The notes: a model not told the origin generated them from the letters alone. Shown: positions 8,794 through 18,017, counted from the stretch's first letter. The stretch is DNA of 55,734 nucleotides from a virus (IMGVR_UViG_3300033552_000009:1-55734), one strand, 5' to 3'. Translations and numbers: made by a program.

Positions 8794-9080
8794 TTAAAAC
8801 GTTCTACAAACAACCCCGCGAAGTCTTAGATTTTGACTTTCTATTTGCCGATTTTCTGAAAAGTAGAACCGATTCGTTGGCGTCAGCTTCAGTAACGGCT
8901 GAAGCAGGAATAACTCTTAATTCGGCATTTGTCATTGACGCATCGTTTGTCAAAGTCTTTACGTCAGGCGGGGTAAACGGACAAAAATATCTAGTTACCT
9001 GCATTGCTACAACCGTTGGCGGTAGAGTGCTTGAAGCAGAATTCTTTATTGCTATTAAAGAAATCAGTCGAACAGTGTAG
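8790..9080 (+). CDS. small conserved virion beta-sandwich protein (possible fibre adaptor)
   Basis: ATGA overlap with the upstream stop. The pattern K.P.E.LDFDF...L......S.SV....GIT......I....V.V..SGG..GQKYLVT...TT.GGR..E recurs in small proteins of phage tail-fibre loci. Confidence 0.4.
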   Translation: MIKTFYKQPREVLDFDFLFADFLKSRTDSLASASVTAEAGITLNSAFVIDASFVKVFTSGGVNGQKYLVTCIATTVGGRVLEAEFFIAIKEISRTV

Positions 9081-11061
9081 CTATTTTGGTTCCTTTGATG
9101 TAATCAATTTGGGTTAGCATTTTTGTAGTGTTTGCAATATACCAATCGTAATCAATATCGTCAGGGAATTCGTCAGGCAGATTCATTAACGGCCTAGCGT
9201 TTTCGCTCATTGGTATCTTATTCCCTGATTCAACATATTGGATTTCCCCTTTTTCGCCTTTGGGGTAATACCATCGAATCGTCTTGCCGATATACAAGCC
9301 GTCTTTGTGAGTGGCGCGGGTCAGTTCCCGAACAGTCACAAACTGCGTAATATCCCGGCATTCCCTAATTGTCTTTTCGATTGGCACGTTGCCCACAATC
9401 AACGCTGTCATGGCCTGCAAACAGATAGTCGTTTGTGGGCTTTTGTGGAATCGGAAAATAGCCGTCTTAGGGTCATATCGCGGGTCAAAATAAGCCCCCT
9501 TGCCTTTGATAGAAACCTTGCCGGTTTTTTCGTCTTTCTTAACTGCAATATAGTTGTTAATATCGCGGCTATACAATGCGGTGTATTTGGTTTCTTCAGT
9601 CTTTAGTGACGTTTCGTTTTCCCATTCAGTAATCAATGTCCTAAGCAAAGCATATTGGCTTTTGTGAATGTACTTAACGATACCGTCTGTATTGGCCGAA
9701 ATCACTTTGATATTGTTTATTTCAAGCAATTCAATCAGCATCAAAAGGGCAAGCTGACCGGTCAACGTTACCTGAATCAGCAAGTTAGGCGAATACATGG
9801 CTGACCATCTGGAACCTAGTTTACCGAATGTTCCGTTAATAACAATCTTCAGCGCGTCACTGATAATCTGCTGCTTGTTCCGTTTCGCGGCTAGTCGCTT
9901 TTCAACCAAAAAGTTATAGACCCTTAGAAAGACTTCGCCCATGTTCTTAGGGAACATGCCGGAATTCAGAATCAGGCGCGGGTAATAAGATTCAACGTCA
10001 TCATCAATAATATCGTGTTCTGCGTCAGCCTTATACGATACCGTTTTCTCTTTGCTATGCAAACCGCCCTTGCCAAGCTTATAAACCGTGTCGCCAATTG
10101 ACAGTTCAAACGTTTTCAATTCTTCATTGACAACGGTTCCCTTTTCAGTTACTTCAAAATCCAATTCACAAATACGCTTTAGCGCATCTTGCATAACTTG
10201 CGTTTTGAATTTGATAAACGGGGGCGGCTGATACTTGAATAACCGCCCGCTTTCCACTTCCTCACGCTTAGATCGTTTGCCTGTTATCTTTGATATTTCC
10301 TGCGTAATCACTACTTCAGCAATTTGCGCGTCTGACTTGCTACGCAAATCAAGCCCGTATTCTTTGCCCAACTGAATACGCAATTCGATTTGATCTTTCA
10401 ATTCTTCGTAGATCAATTGCGTATTGTCCAAGTCATTCAGGCAGTAAAGAAAGACGTTGTAAGCTTCCTCTTTGGTCAGCATCCTGTCATGCGGGTAAGG
10501 TAGTTCCTGCATGAATTTGCAATGCAGTTTGGCCGCATATTTCTTCATCGAACCCGATACCGGGCATGGCTCCATAACGTCAATATGATTTACTGACGGC
10601 CTGCTTAAACCGTATTCCTTCAGGATTTCGGATGGGTTTTCACCCTTAATATCGTTTCGGCTGTCGCCAATGATTCGATTGGTTATCTCTTTCAGCTTGA
10701 CGCAATTAGCCCCCTTCAATGCAAAGGCAAGAATAGTCAAATCAAAGTTGTACGAATTGAAGCCGATAAGTAAAAAGCGGTGAAGCATCCATGCGAGAAA
10801 CCTAACGTCTAAATCAATTTCCGGCGTATCTTCAATCGCTACTACCTTGCCGCTTTTTATGTGTTTAAAGCAAATGCAAAAGTAATTGCCGTAGCTTTCG
10901 GCGTCAAATACAAAAGCGTCACCCACATTAACCGCAAACAATTCTTCAGGGGTAAAGAATACAGGCGGTGCATGGGGGCTTTTGATAATCAAATCGCGGA
11001 TTTTCGGCTTTGCTTTTTTGGTTACTGCAAAGCCGTTATCGTCAACAAAAAATTGTTTCAT
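9064..11061 (-). CDS. DNA polymerase with 3'-5' exonuclease, family-B-like motifs
   Basis: Exo motifs are FDAESYG, GFNSYNFDL and YCLNDLD. Polymerase motif A is DDDVESYYPRLIL (DxxSLYPS-like), motif B is KIVINGTFGKLG (KxxxNSxYG-like) and motif C is ISANTDGI (DTD-like). Confidence 0.8.
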   Translation of the reverse strand: MKQFFVDDNGFAVTKKAKPKIRDLIIKSPHAPPVFFTPEELFAVNVGDAFVFDAESYGNYFCICFKHIKSGKVVAIEDTPEIDLDVRFLAWMLHRFLLIGFNSYNFDLTILAFALKGANCVKLKEITNRIIGDSRNDIKGENPSEILKEYGLSRPSVNHIDVMEPCPVSGSMKKYAAKLHCKFMQELPYPHDRMLTKEEAYNVFLYCLNDLDNTQLIYEELKDQIELRIQLGKEYGLDLRSKSDAQIAEVVITQEISKITGKRSKREEVESGRLFKYQPPPFIKFKTQVMQDALKRICELDFEVTEKGTVVNEELKTFELSIGDTVYKLGKGGLHSKEKTVSYKADAEHDIIDDDVESYYPRLILNSGMFPKNMGEVFLRVYNFLVEKRLAAKRNKQQIISDALKIVINGTFGKLGSRWSAMYSPNLLIQVTLTGQLALLMLIELLEINNIKVISANTDGIVKYIHKSQYALLRTLITEWENETSLKTEETKYTALYSRDINNYIAVKKDEKTGKVSIKGKGAYFDPRYDPKTAIFRFHKSPQTTICLQAMTALIVGNVPIEKTIRECRDITQFVTVRELTRATHKDGLYIGKTIRWYYPKGEKGEIQYVESGNKIPMSENARPLMNLPDEFPDDIDYDWYIANTTKMLTQIDYIKGTKIATLFD

Positions 11062-11064
11062 GGC

Positions 11065-12126
11065 TCAAAATGGAATGTCATCTTCAATATCATTTTGCTT
11101 AACCAAAGTTCCTTTAATAACGCCCCTTACTGATTCGTTAAAAAAATAAGCAATATAATCACTAGGGATAAATTGAACCTGCTTAAAATGCTTTTCAATA
11201 AGCTTTAAGAATGACCCGTTAAAGCCCATTCGTTCGGGCAACCCTTTAACTTCATAGGTTGCAACGTTGCCCATATCGCCGGATTTGATAAGGTCAGCGT
11301 CAAAGAAAATCAAACCATTAGCGGAAAACGGCAAAACATGATCTAACCCCTTATACAAATCTTCAGGGGCTGGCGTTGGCGTAAATTCTCGATCAAACAA
11401 TTTCGTAAAGTTTGGATAATCGCATTCAAATAACTGGCTTTTGATAAACGAATCATCTTCAAAATAGAAGGTTGCGCTACGGTCTGAGAAACCGAACCCT
11501 GTTAGATTCTTTGGGCAGTTGGCAACCGCTGCCGCTGCTGCTTTAGGTAAAAGAATTCCGGGCGGTAAGTCAATCCCGTGCCAATATTCGACAAGCACAA
11601 CGCCATTCGTAGCCACTACTGACCCGGATTGAATCAGTACGCCCGCTGCATGGGGTTGCGGTGAAGATTCATTGACAATCGGGTAACAAGCCTTCAGCCC
11701 GTCTTTTAGCGCGTTGGTTGCGTTTGCAACTCGATCATCCGGCATGGGCTTGGGAAAATTGCCCTTGTCAAATTCGTTGTAACAAGGGATTGACGCCGAA
11801 AACTTGCCCGATTTGATTTTGATGGATTTGCCATCACCGGCTTGAACCATCGTAATTTGTTCGGAACATTTCTTCAAAGCGGCTAACAATTGCTTAGTGT
11901 GGGCAAATGCGGTAATTGATTCTTCAATCTTGCATCCTGCCGACATTGCGCCATCCTGCCCGAAAATGATGCCGTCTGCCATTTGGCAAAACGTCTGCCG
12001 GGGTTCGCCTACGTCACGTTGGGCAATGCTGATAAATTCAAGTGCTGCAATAAGGTTTGCTGCACTCGATTCGGCGGCTTTCTCTTTAACTGATTTTCTG
12101 CCTTTGGTAGCCATAAGTTCTTTCAA
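11065..12126 (-). CDS. dnaN: DNA polymerase sliding clamp (DnaN/beta-clamp-like) with SSB-type C-terminal tail EDDIPF
   Basis: VVATNGVVLVEYW compares with E. coli VATDGHRLA, DYPNFTKLF with FPDYRRVLP, and MGFNGSFLKLIEK with IGFNVSYVLDVL. Its size is close to DnaN. The C-terminus is KQNDIEDDIPF. The start is either TTG 12126 (overlapping the upstream TGA) or ATG 12114. Confidence 0.7.
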   Translation of the reverse strand: MKELMATKGRKSVKEKAAESSAANLIAALEFISIAQRDVGEPRQTFCQMADGIIFGQDGAMSAGCKIEESITAFAHTKQLLAALKKCSEQITMVQAGDGKSIKIKSGKFSASIPCYNEFDKGNFPKPMPDDRVANATNALKDGLKACYPIVNESSPQPHAAGVLIQSGSVVATNGVVLVEYWHGIDLPPGILLPKAAAAAVANCPKNLTGFGFSDRSATFYFEDDSFIKSQLFECDYPNFTKLFDREFTPTPAPEDLYKGLDHVLPFSANGLIFFDADLIKSGDMGNVATYEVKGLPERMGFNGSFLKLIEKHFKQVQFIPSDYIAYFFNESVRGVIKGTLVKQNDIEDDIPF

Positions 12127-12359
12127 AAAGGAATTTTCATTACGTGATCTTCACAACCACATACGACAACTGTAACGGGCGGGGTTCCTTTATGCAACCC
12201 GCAAAACGGTATTTCTTCCGTTCCTTTATAATTGTCACAATTTAAACAAGTTTGCCATTGGTCACGTTGAATCAATGTCTTTTGAATCGCCGTGCGGTAA
12301 GTGGCACAGTTTTTGTTATGCTGCTTATTGTTACCGAAACCATCACTATTGGTAGTCAT
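12123..12359 (-). CDS. small Cys-rich zinc-ribbon protein ending in KIPF
   Basis: Cysteine pairs CLNCDNY...FCGLH...VVCGCEDH. It overlaps both neighbouring genes and sits inside the replication operon. Confidence 0.6.
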   Translation of the reverse strand: MTTNSDGFGNNKQHNKNCATYRTAIQKTLIQRDQWQTCLNCDNYKGTEEIPFCGLHKGTPPVTVVVCGCEDHVMKIPF

Positions 12360-13959
12360 AAGATTTCACTTCAGGGTATTTGCAATTCAACCGAACAGTT
12401 ATTTTAGTCGGTTGCCGTAATTCAGATTGCAACTGCAATGCTCTGAATGTTGTTGCCGGGGGGTCAGCGTCATGCCGTTGCCGCCACCAATCGCGGGCTT
12501 TGTGCCGCATAAGATTGCTGGTTGATTCAAAATTAATCCATTCGTCAAACCGGCGCAACCCGCAAAAATAGCCAACTCGCATTGACGGCGGGCTTAACAG
12601 ATTCCCGGCTGCATCTTTTTTCTCATGCAGCGAATAGACGATACGGGATACAGGGAAGATTTCCAATACTTCAGCGTCATCAACCTTCATGACTTCCACG
12701 TTACCGGCGCTACGAAAAATCTTAGGCGCAAAATTAAATTCCATAGCGCAATTGCAGCAAAATCGGGCGCTGGCGTGGTTATATGCCCCGCATGTATCGC
12801 ATATCCTTATGGGGGCTTCACCGGGCGCGCCTGACCCCGGTTTACGCGGTTTAATCGGGTCATTGATGGGGCCGCATCTAAGGACGTTGCCCGCGAAATC
12901 TAAAACAAGGCAATTCGTCTTGCCCGTGTCGGGGCTGATGCGGGTTCCCCTGCCGTACTTTTGAACGTGTTTGCCGGGACTGCAACATGGCTGCATATCG
13001 CCAATAAAATCAATCGGCGGGAAATCGTAGCCTGTTGTCAGTTTGTTGTTGCCCACAATAGCCCGTAGCTGACCGGATTCAAATGCGGCTAGGCGGCTAT
13101 TGTTTTCGGCTGAAGTCAGCTTTGAATGCACGGCGGCTGCTGGAATGCCGAACCCGTTAAGCATTTCGGCAATGTGTTCTGAATGGTTTACGCCTGCCGC
13201 AAAGATCATCCAATGCTGCCGTTCACTTGCATAATCAATTATTTCTTTGCAGGCTTCAAACGTGATATTGGTTTTGTCAACCGCATCTTCAAGCTGTTTG
13301 GCGTTGTATTCGCCGCCTAGAATCTTGACGTTGGATATGTCAAAACGGGTTGCTGTAGGCTTGCCAATCAACGGGGCAAGGTAGCCTTCAGCCACTAGCT
13401 TGTTAAACGCCTGATAGCCTGTCAGGTCATAGCAAACGTCAGTAAACAAACCGTCATCCGTCAATTCCCCTTGCTTCATACGGAACAAGGTTGCGGAAAA
13501 TCCGACAACAACCAAACCCGGATTAATGGCTTTCAGAACAGAAATCGCTTGCGCGTATTGGCTGGCTTGATCTGGTCCGATTAAATGGGCTTCGTCAATG
13601 AAAAGCAAATCCCGATGGCCGAACATTTCAGCCTTTTTAACGCAACTTTGAATATTGCCGTAAATAATAGGATTATAAAAATCCCGCTGCTTTAGTTCGG
13701 CTGAGTTAATGCCTAGCGGGGCATTAGTCCAAATGTTCCGCAACGCCTTTGCGTTTTGTTCAACCAATTTGGAAACGTGAGTTAGCATCATCACGCGCTT
13801 GTTTTGATAATACGTCATTGCTGTATATACAGCCATTGCAATGACTAGGCTTTTACCGGTCCCTGTCGGCATTCCGATTAAGGGGTTGCCGGTTTGGCCT
13901 GAAGTCAAATAGTTGTATAACGCATCATGCGCTTCAACCTGATAATAACGGGGCTGCAT
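12346..13959 (-). CDS. SF2 DEAD/DEAH-box DNA helicase with C-terminal zinc ribbon
   Basis: Motif I is GMPTGTGKSL, motif II FIDEAHLIG, motif III FSATLF and motif VI QKYGRGTR. The zinc ribbon is CDTCGAYNHASARFCCNC. Confidence 0.85.
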   Translation of the reverse strand: MQPRYYQVEAHDALYNYLTSGQTGNPLIGMPTGTGKSLVIAMAVYTAMTYYQNKRVMMLTHVSKLVEQNAKALRNIWTNAPLGINSAELKQRDFYNPIIYGNIQSCVKKAEMFGHRDLLFIDEAHLIGPDQASQYAQAISVLKAINPGLVVVGFSATLFRMKQGELTDDGLFTDVCYDLTGYQAFNKLVAEGYLAPLIGKPTATRFDISNVKILGGEYNAKQLEDAVDKTNITFEACKEIIDYASERQHWMIFAAGVNHSEHIAEMLNGFGIPAAAVHSKLTSAENNSRLAAFESGQLRAIVGNNKLTTGYDFPPIDFIGDMQPCCSPGKHVQKYGRGTRISPDTGKTNCLVLDFAGNVLRCGPINDPIKPRKPGSGAPGEAPIRICDTCGAYNHASARFCCNCAMEFNFAPKIFRSAGNVEVMKVDDAEVLEIFPVSRIVYSLHEKKDAAGNLLSPPSMRVGYFCGLRRFDEWINFESTSNLMRHKARDWWRQRHDADPPATTFRALQLQSELRQPTKITVRLNCKYPEVKSYDYQ

Positions 13960-14843
13960 TAATCGGCCTTGTTAACTGAAATGTGGGCAACGCAACCTTT
14001 AGGAATAAATTCTTCAGGGATGATTGCGTTATGGGCGGGCAAACTGCAATACCATTGTTTATCCGCTACGGGTTGCGCGTACTTGCAAGACCTGCAATTG
14101 ATTTCAACCGGCGCATCTTTAAAGCAAATATCAGCGTAATTGCACATTTTGCAAACAAAATGGGTTGACCTGTCGCTAATTCGATTTGGCAAATGGTCAA
14201 TGTTGATAATCTGAATTGCTTTATCCTTCAGCTTTTCGCCATGTTCATGATCTAAAGCGACAATTTCAACGTGCAAATCCGAATCGTTTTTATTGATATT
14301 CAGATATAAAGCATGGCTAAAGTTGTATATAGGGTCACAACCGTAAACGCACATTTGACCATAATGCACGGGCTTTTCAGCTTCTACGCCATTCTCAAGC
14401 AATTTATTAAACGCTGACCCCGTGCTATTGGTTTTGTATTCGCCCAATACCGGGAAGTCAATACCGTAGCTAGGCGGGAATTTGATAATCGAATCAAGTG
14501 AACCGCCCCCATGACCATTGCCAAAGCTGGTTCGGAATTGTTCGCCATCTTCCGCTTTATCCCAAACCTGAAACCCGGCTTCAGTCAGCCATGTAATAAA
14601 TTTCGGTTCCTGTTCATGGCCTACTTGAAATAACCGTTCTTGTCTGCCGTCATTCTGAGCGGCCTTAACCCATCGAAAGGTATAGTAAATCTTGCGCCAA
14701 CATTGGTCAGCAACTTCCGATGCGCCTAAGTGCCGCCTATGACCGTTTTCTTTATAAAGATTCTGGCAAGCTTTATCTATGTCAGTTAATACTTGCTTGG
14801 CAATAGATTTCCGGTCAATGTTTATGTCGTTTAATTGATTCAT
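13959..14843 (-). CDS. PD-(D/E)XK nuclease, RecB/Cas4-like, with C-terminal Cys cluster
   Basis: GGSLDSII...FPVLGEYKT fits the D...ExK core. The C-terminal CKMCNYADIC....CRSCKY...YC...GC cluster is typical of Cas4-like phage exonucleases. AAGGA precedes the ATG. Confidence 0.65.
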   Translation of the reverse strand: MNQLNDINIDRKSIAKQVLTDIDKACQNLYKENGHRRHLGASEVADQCWRKIYYTFRWVKAAQNDGRQERLFQVGHEQEPKFITWLTEAGFQVWDKAEDGEQFRTSFGNGHGGGSLDSIIKFPPSYGIDFPVLGEYKTNSTGSAFNKLLENGVEAEKPVHYGQMCVYGCDPIYNFSHALYLNINKNDSDLHVEIVALDHEHGEKLKDKAIQIINIDHLPNRISDRSTHFVCKMCNYADICFKDAPVEINCRSCKYAQPVADKQWYCSLPAHNAIIPEEFIPKGCVAHISVNKAD

Positions 14844-15312
14844 ACAATTCCTTTATTTTTCGTTCTTCTTTCTGTTCTTTCTTTTTGCGCCGTCTTACCA
14901 TTATTAGCGCCCCAATAGAAATGAATTGATTCGACACTTCAATTGTCCTAATTAAATCTTCCTTTGATAATTGGCTGATGTTTGCTTTTTCTAATGGCAA
15001 ACCTAACGTATCAGCAAGCCATTGATAGGCTTCAAATCTGGTCATGATTCTTTGCATCCATATTTTGTCGAATGCTTCATGGGCCAATGTTCGGAAAACT
15101 TTTACTTCCCGATTTGCTAAAAGACCTTTCGGTATATTAGTTCCGTAATGGCAACTAACACTTGAACGGCACTTTTTGCAGTAGTAGCACATAGGCCAAT
15201 CGCCCACATTTCGTTTATACAGAACCTTGTTTTCCGCATAAATAACGGCGGGGAATTGGCAAACGTTGCATATAGCTAATGGTTGATTGTTCATAAGAAA
15301 AGAAAGGGGCAT
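14815..15312 (-). CDS. zinc-ribbon phage protein (DUF3268-like)
   Basis: CNVCQ...CYYCKKC zinc ribbon followed by LAHEAFDKIW...FEAYQWLADTLGLP. The start at 15312 (MPLSF...) is preceded by AAGGGGG. Confidence 0.5.
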   Translation of the reverse strand: MPLSFLMNNQPLAICNVCQFPAVIYAENKVLYKRNVGDWPMCYYCKKCRSSVSCHYGTNIPKGLLANREVKVFRTLAHEAFDKIWMQRIMTRFEAYQWLADTLGLPLEKANISQLSKEDLIRTIEVSNQFISIGALIMVRRRKKKEQKEERKIKELYESIKRHKH

Positions 15313-15344
15313 ATAGCCCCCTTCAATCATTTACGAATTACCGC

Positions 15345-16070
15345 TTACTTAGCGCCCCATGCGGGTTTTGCCGCACCGGGGGCCGCGTTTTGCTGCCATC
15401 CTGCGTTAGCAGGGGCAGGGGCCGCTGCTGGCTGTTGGGCTGGCGGCTGATATTGCGCGGGCTGCTGTTGCGTCTGCTCAGGTGCTGGCGCGGCTGGCTG
15501 CTGCCATCCCCCCGCCGCTGGCGCTGCTTGCTGTGCTGGCGGCTGATAGGCCGATGCAGGGGCCGGGGCTGGCGGCATTGGCTGTGCTTGCGAAGGGGCT
15601 TGCGGTGACAAATGTTCTTTGCCGGGTTCGCGGCCATCCATGTAAAAGACCTTGCTGATTTGCGTGAATGGCGTGACTTGTTCGCCTGCCGCCTGCCTTG
15701 CGTTTTGCTGGTCAGTCAGCTTTTGGTTTGTCACTTCGCCAATGAAACATTGACCTTCAAACTGCCGGGTATCGCTGATTTGGGTATGGCCCAAATTGCA
15801 GGCGTAAGCCAACGCGGCCAACTGATTGTGGGCAATTTCAACAGTCTTTGCCTGCTGATGGTACAGGTTGATGCGGTAATCGCCGCTAGCGCCTGCGTTC
15901 GGACCTTCGATGATGGTCACGCCGAATTTCAAATGCCCGCCTTGTTCATCTTTGTTCGGCACAATTGCCGTTTCAGTGATGCGGAACGGATGACGGCCAA
16001 GCGGCAATTGTGCCGAACCTTGAACGGGGTTGTAATTTGCGGGAACGAATGCGTTTTGAAGTAAAGTCAT
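15345..16070 (-). CDS. phage ssDNA-binding-like protein (DUF669-like core) with Q/P/A-rich disordered C-terminal linker
   Basis: The roughly 150-aa N-terminal globular part occupies the position usual for DUF669 SSBs, between the Sak4-like and helicase genes. The roughly 90-aa tail is PQAPSQAQPMPPAPAPASAYQPPAQQAAPAAGGWQQPAAP... Confidence 0.5.
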   Translation of the reverse strand: MTLLQNAFVPANYNPVQGSAQLPLGRHPFRITETAIVPNKDEQGGHLKFGVTIIEGPNAGASGDYRINLYHQQAKTVEIAHNQLAALAYACNLGHTQISDTRQFEGQCFIGEVTNQKLTDQQNARQAAGEQVTPFTQISKVFYMDGREPGKEHLSPQAPSQAQPMPPAPAPASAYQPPAQQAAPAAGGWQQPAAPAPEQTQQQPAQYQPPAQQPAAAPAPANAGWQQNAAPGAAKPAWGAK

Positions 16071-16095
16071 TTGGATATATTCCAGTTATTGAAAA

Positions 16096-16722
16096 TTAGA
16101 TTTCGCGGGTTGCGGATTCAATAGTGATAAGGTTTTTAGGGTAATCGCATCCTTTCAAAGTTACTTTCATGCCCATCATCGTAGCTTTTTCAAGCTCACG
16201 CTGTAGATTATCTATTGCGGTTTGAACTTTGTCTTTCTGTTCTTTGTAAATGTCTGTAACCTTAGTTTCGCCAAATTTAACGTCACTGTTAACTAACGTT
16301 TTAAACATTGGGGTAACGTAAGGATTATTCGGAATAGGGGTATGGTTAAATTCCTGCTTTCTTATGCTAAAGCAATATTCTTTAATTAATTCATTTACGA
16401 TATTGCTTGTGGCAACTTCAAATTTAACCCCTCTGTTTCTGGTTAACGTTTCTTTAACTATAGTTGAAAACCGTTCGCTTTTCAGCAATTGGTCAAATCC
16501 AACTGAAACAATCAATTCCCGTTCGTCTGCCGATAAAACAGGGTGCTTAGGCGCGTCATCCCCCCATTTTTTGAATTGGTAATGACCGTAATACCTTACA
16601 AACGTATCGGCCACTTCTTCAGCGATTTCATATACTTTTTTCTTGCCACTACGCAATGAAAGAATGTCCTGAATTAACAGGCGTACCGCTTGATTTTCAA
16701 ATAACTCTTTTATGCTGTTCAT
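16096..16722 (-). CDS. hypothetical replication-module protein
   Basis: 208-aa ORF, start overlapping the upstream stop. No motif recognised. Confidence 0.6.
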   Translation of the reverse strand: MNSIKELFENQAVRLLIQDILSLRSGKKKVYEIAEEVADTFVRYYGHYQFKKWGDDAPKHPVLSADERELIVSVGFDQLLKSERFSTIVKETLTRNRGVKFEVATSNIVNELIKEYCFSIRKQEFNHTPIPNNPYVTPMFKTLVNSDVKFGETKVTDIYKEQKDKVQTAIDNLQRELEKATMMGMKVTLKGCDYPKNLITIESATREI

Positions 16723-17390
16723 GACATTGCCTTTGCAAACATTTTGGTCAAATTAGGTTCTTCGTATTCGTCAAGCTTACCGCTACGGTTACGAGCCATG
16801 AATTCAAATGTTTCTTTGGTCCTGAAACATACAGTCGGTGCAACCATGCCGGGAATCTGGCTGAGTGCCATGTAGAGTATATCATCATACTTATGCGGTA
16901 TCTTGATATTCAAGTCATTGCCGGGAAAGAACGGCTGATACTTTGCGGCAACCAATGCCCGTTTAGCAACCAAATAGATATGCTTTTGGGGCATAAAATA
17001 AAGCTTATCAGCTATTTCATTGATTTCGGTTGCCATTTCGCCGTAGGCTTTCAGCCCGTGACTAAACAACTTCAGCTTTTCGCTAAGGATGATTTCAGCC
17101 CCGTGACTGATTGAATCCCAACAAAAAGTATCGTACTTTTTAGCTTCAGCCGATGTATGCAACCAAACAAAGAATTCACGAATCTTTGGGGCGGTATAGG
17201 CTTCAAAGGCCGGAACGTTACTGCCGCGCATGGAAAGCAGGCCGGGTTCGCAGACAAGCATAACGGGGCGCGGGGCGGTATTGATGACCGGGGTTTTGCC
17301 TACCCCCGGCGCACCATAGACAAGGGATTTCACCCCGTAGAAACTAGCCAGTTGACCCGCTGGCTTCAGGTCACGTTCATTCATGGGCAT
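16719..17390 (-). CDS. Sak4-like RecA-fold ATPase (AAA_24 family, single-strand annealing/recombination)
   Basis: Walker A is LVYGAPGVGKT near the N-terminus. Its size of about 220 aa and its position next to the SSB-like, helicase and nuclease genes fit the family. Confidence 0.7.
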   Translation of the reverse strand: MPMNERDLKPAGQLASFYGVKSLVYGAPGVGKTPVINTAPRPVMLVCEPGLLSMRGSNVPAFEAYTAPKIREFFVWLHTSAEAKKYDTFCWDSISHGAEIILSEKLKLFSHGLKAYGEMATEINEIADKLYFMPQKHIYLVAKRALVAAKYQPFFPGNDLNIKIPHKYDDILYMALSQIPGMVAPTVCFRTKETFEFMARNRSGKLDEYEEPNLTKMFAKAMS

Positions 17391-17580
17391 TCACCATTTT
17401 GCTGATAACAATGGAATCATCGTCAGAATCTTCCGTTTTGACGGTAAAGCCGATTTCGCGCAAGTGGCGGGCCAATTCAGCAATCAAAATCGGCTTACCA
17501 CTTCCAGTAGGACCGGTCAGCGTCAGCGTAATCGCTTTGCCATAACGGCAACATACTTCAACAACTTGATTGGTTTTCAT
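17377..17580 (-). CDS. 67-aa protein with Walker-A-like GPTGSGKP motif
   Basis: LTLTGPTGSGKPILIAELARHL. It overlaps both neighbours and is too short for a full NTPase domain. Confidence 0.5.
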   Translation of the reverse strand: MKTNQVVEVCCRYGKAITLTLTGPTGSGKPILIAELARHLREIGFTVKTEDSDDDSIVISKMVNAHE

Positions 17581-18017
17581 TTGGGAACCTTTGGGGTCAT
17601 AAGGGAAAGGGACGGCGTACCGGGGGAAATGGTCACAACTTCGTCAAGAATCGCCCGCATTGCTTCAGGCATTGCTTCATATTCGGTTTTTGACAGTTCG
17701 GGTTTCCAACGAATCACACGATTAACAATTAATTCGCCTGCTTCACCCATTTTTTCGATTCGGTCAAGCGCACCGTCAAGTTTCTTTTCATCGAGTTTGT
17801 AATTCTCTTTGAATACCGCTTTCAGGCCGAAACCCTTGCCCAAATCGTAATTGACCGTGCCGGAATCAGGCGGGGTTTCGTAGCAAAGCGTAAGGACTTC
17901 AATGCGGGCGGCTGCTTCAACCTCTTTCCAATAGGCCAATTGGGATTGGGCCGTTGACCATTTCATGATTGCGGTATCGCGCTTGGCTTCAACCGTTTCA
18001 ACTGGTACGTTTTCCAT
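17577..18017 (-). CDS. hypothetical protein (possibly Gp157-like by position)
   Basis: 146-aa helical protein upstream of the Sak4-like gene, the position where siphovirus Gp157-family genes usually sit. The sequence match was not verified. Confidence 0.45.
   Translation of the reverse strand: MENVPVETVEAKRDTAIMKWSTAQSQLAYWKEVEAAARIEVLTLCYETPPDSGTVNYDLGKGFGLKAVFKENYKLDEKKLDGALDRIEKMGEAGELIVNRVIRWKPELSKTEYEAMPEAMRAILDEVVTISPGTPSLSLMTPKVPK

Noticed and set aside
15338-16064. ORFs 15338-15637 (-), 15390-15608 (+) and 15612-16064 (+) overlapping the SSB-like gene.
   Set aside because: They are Arg/Pro/Leu-rich translations of the low-complexity Q/P/A-coding DNA and antisense to a well-supported gene, so they are not credible proteins.
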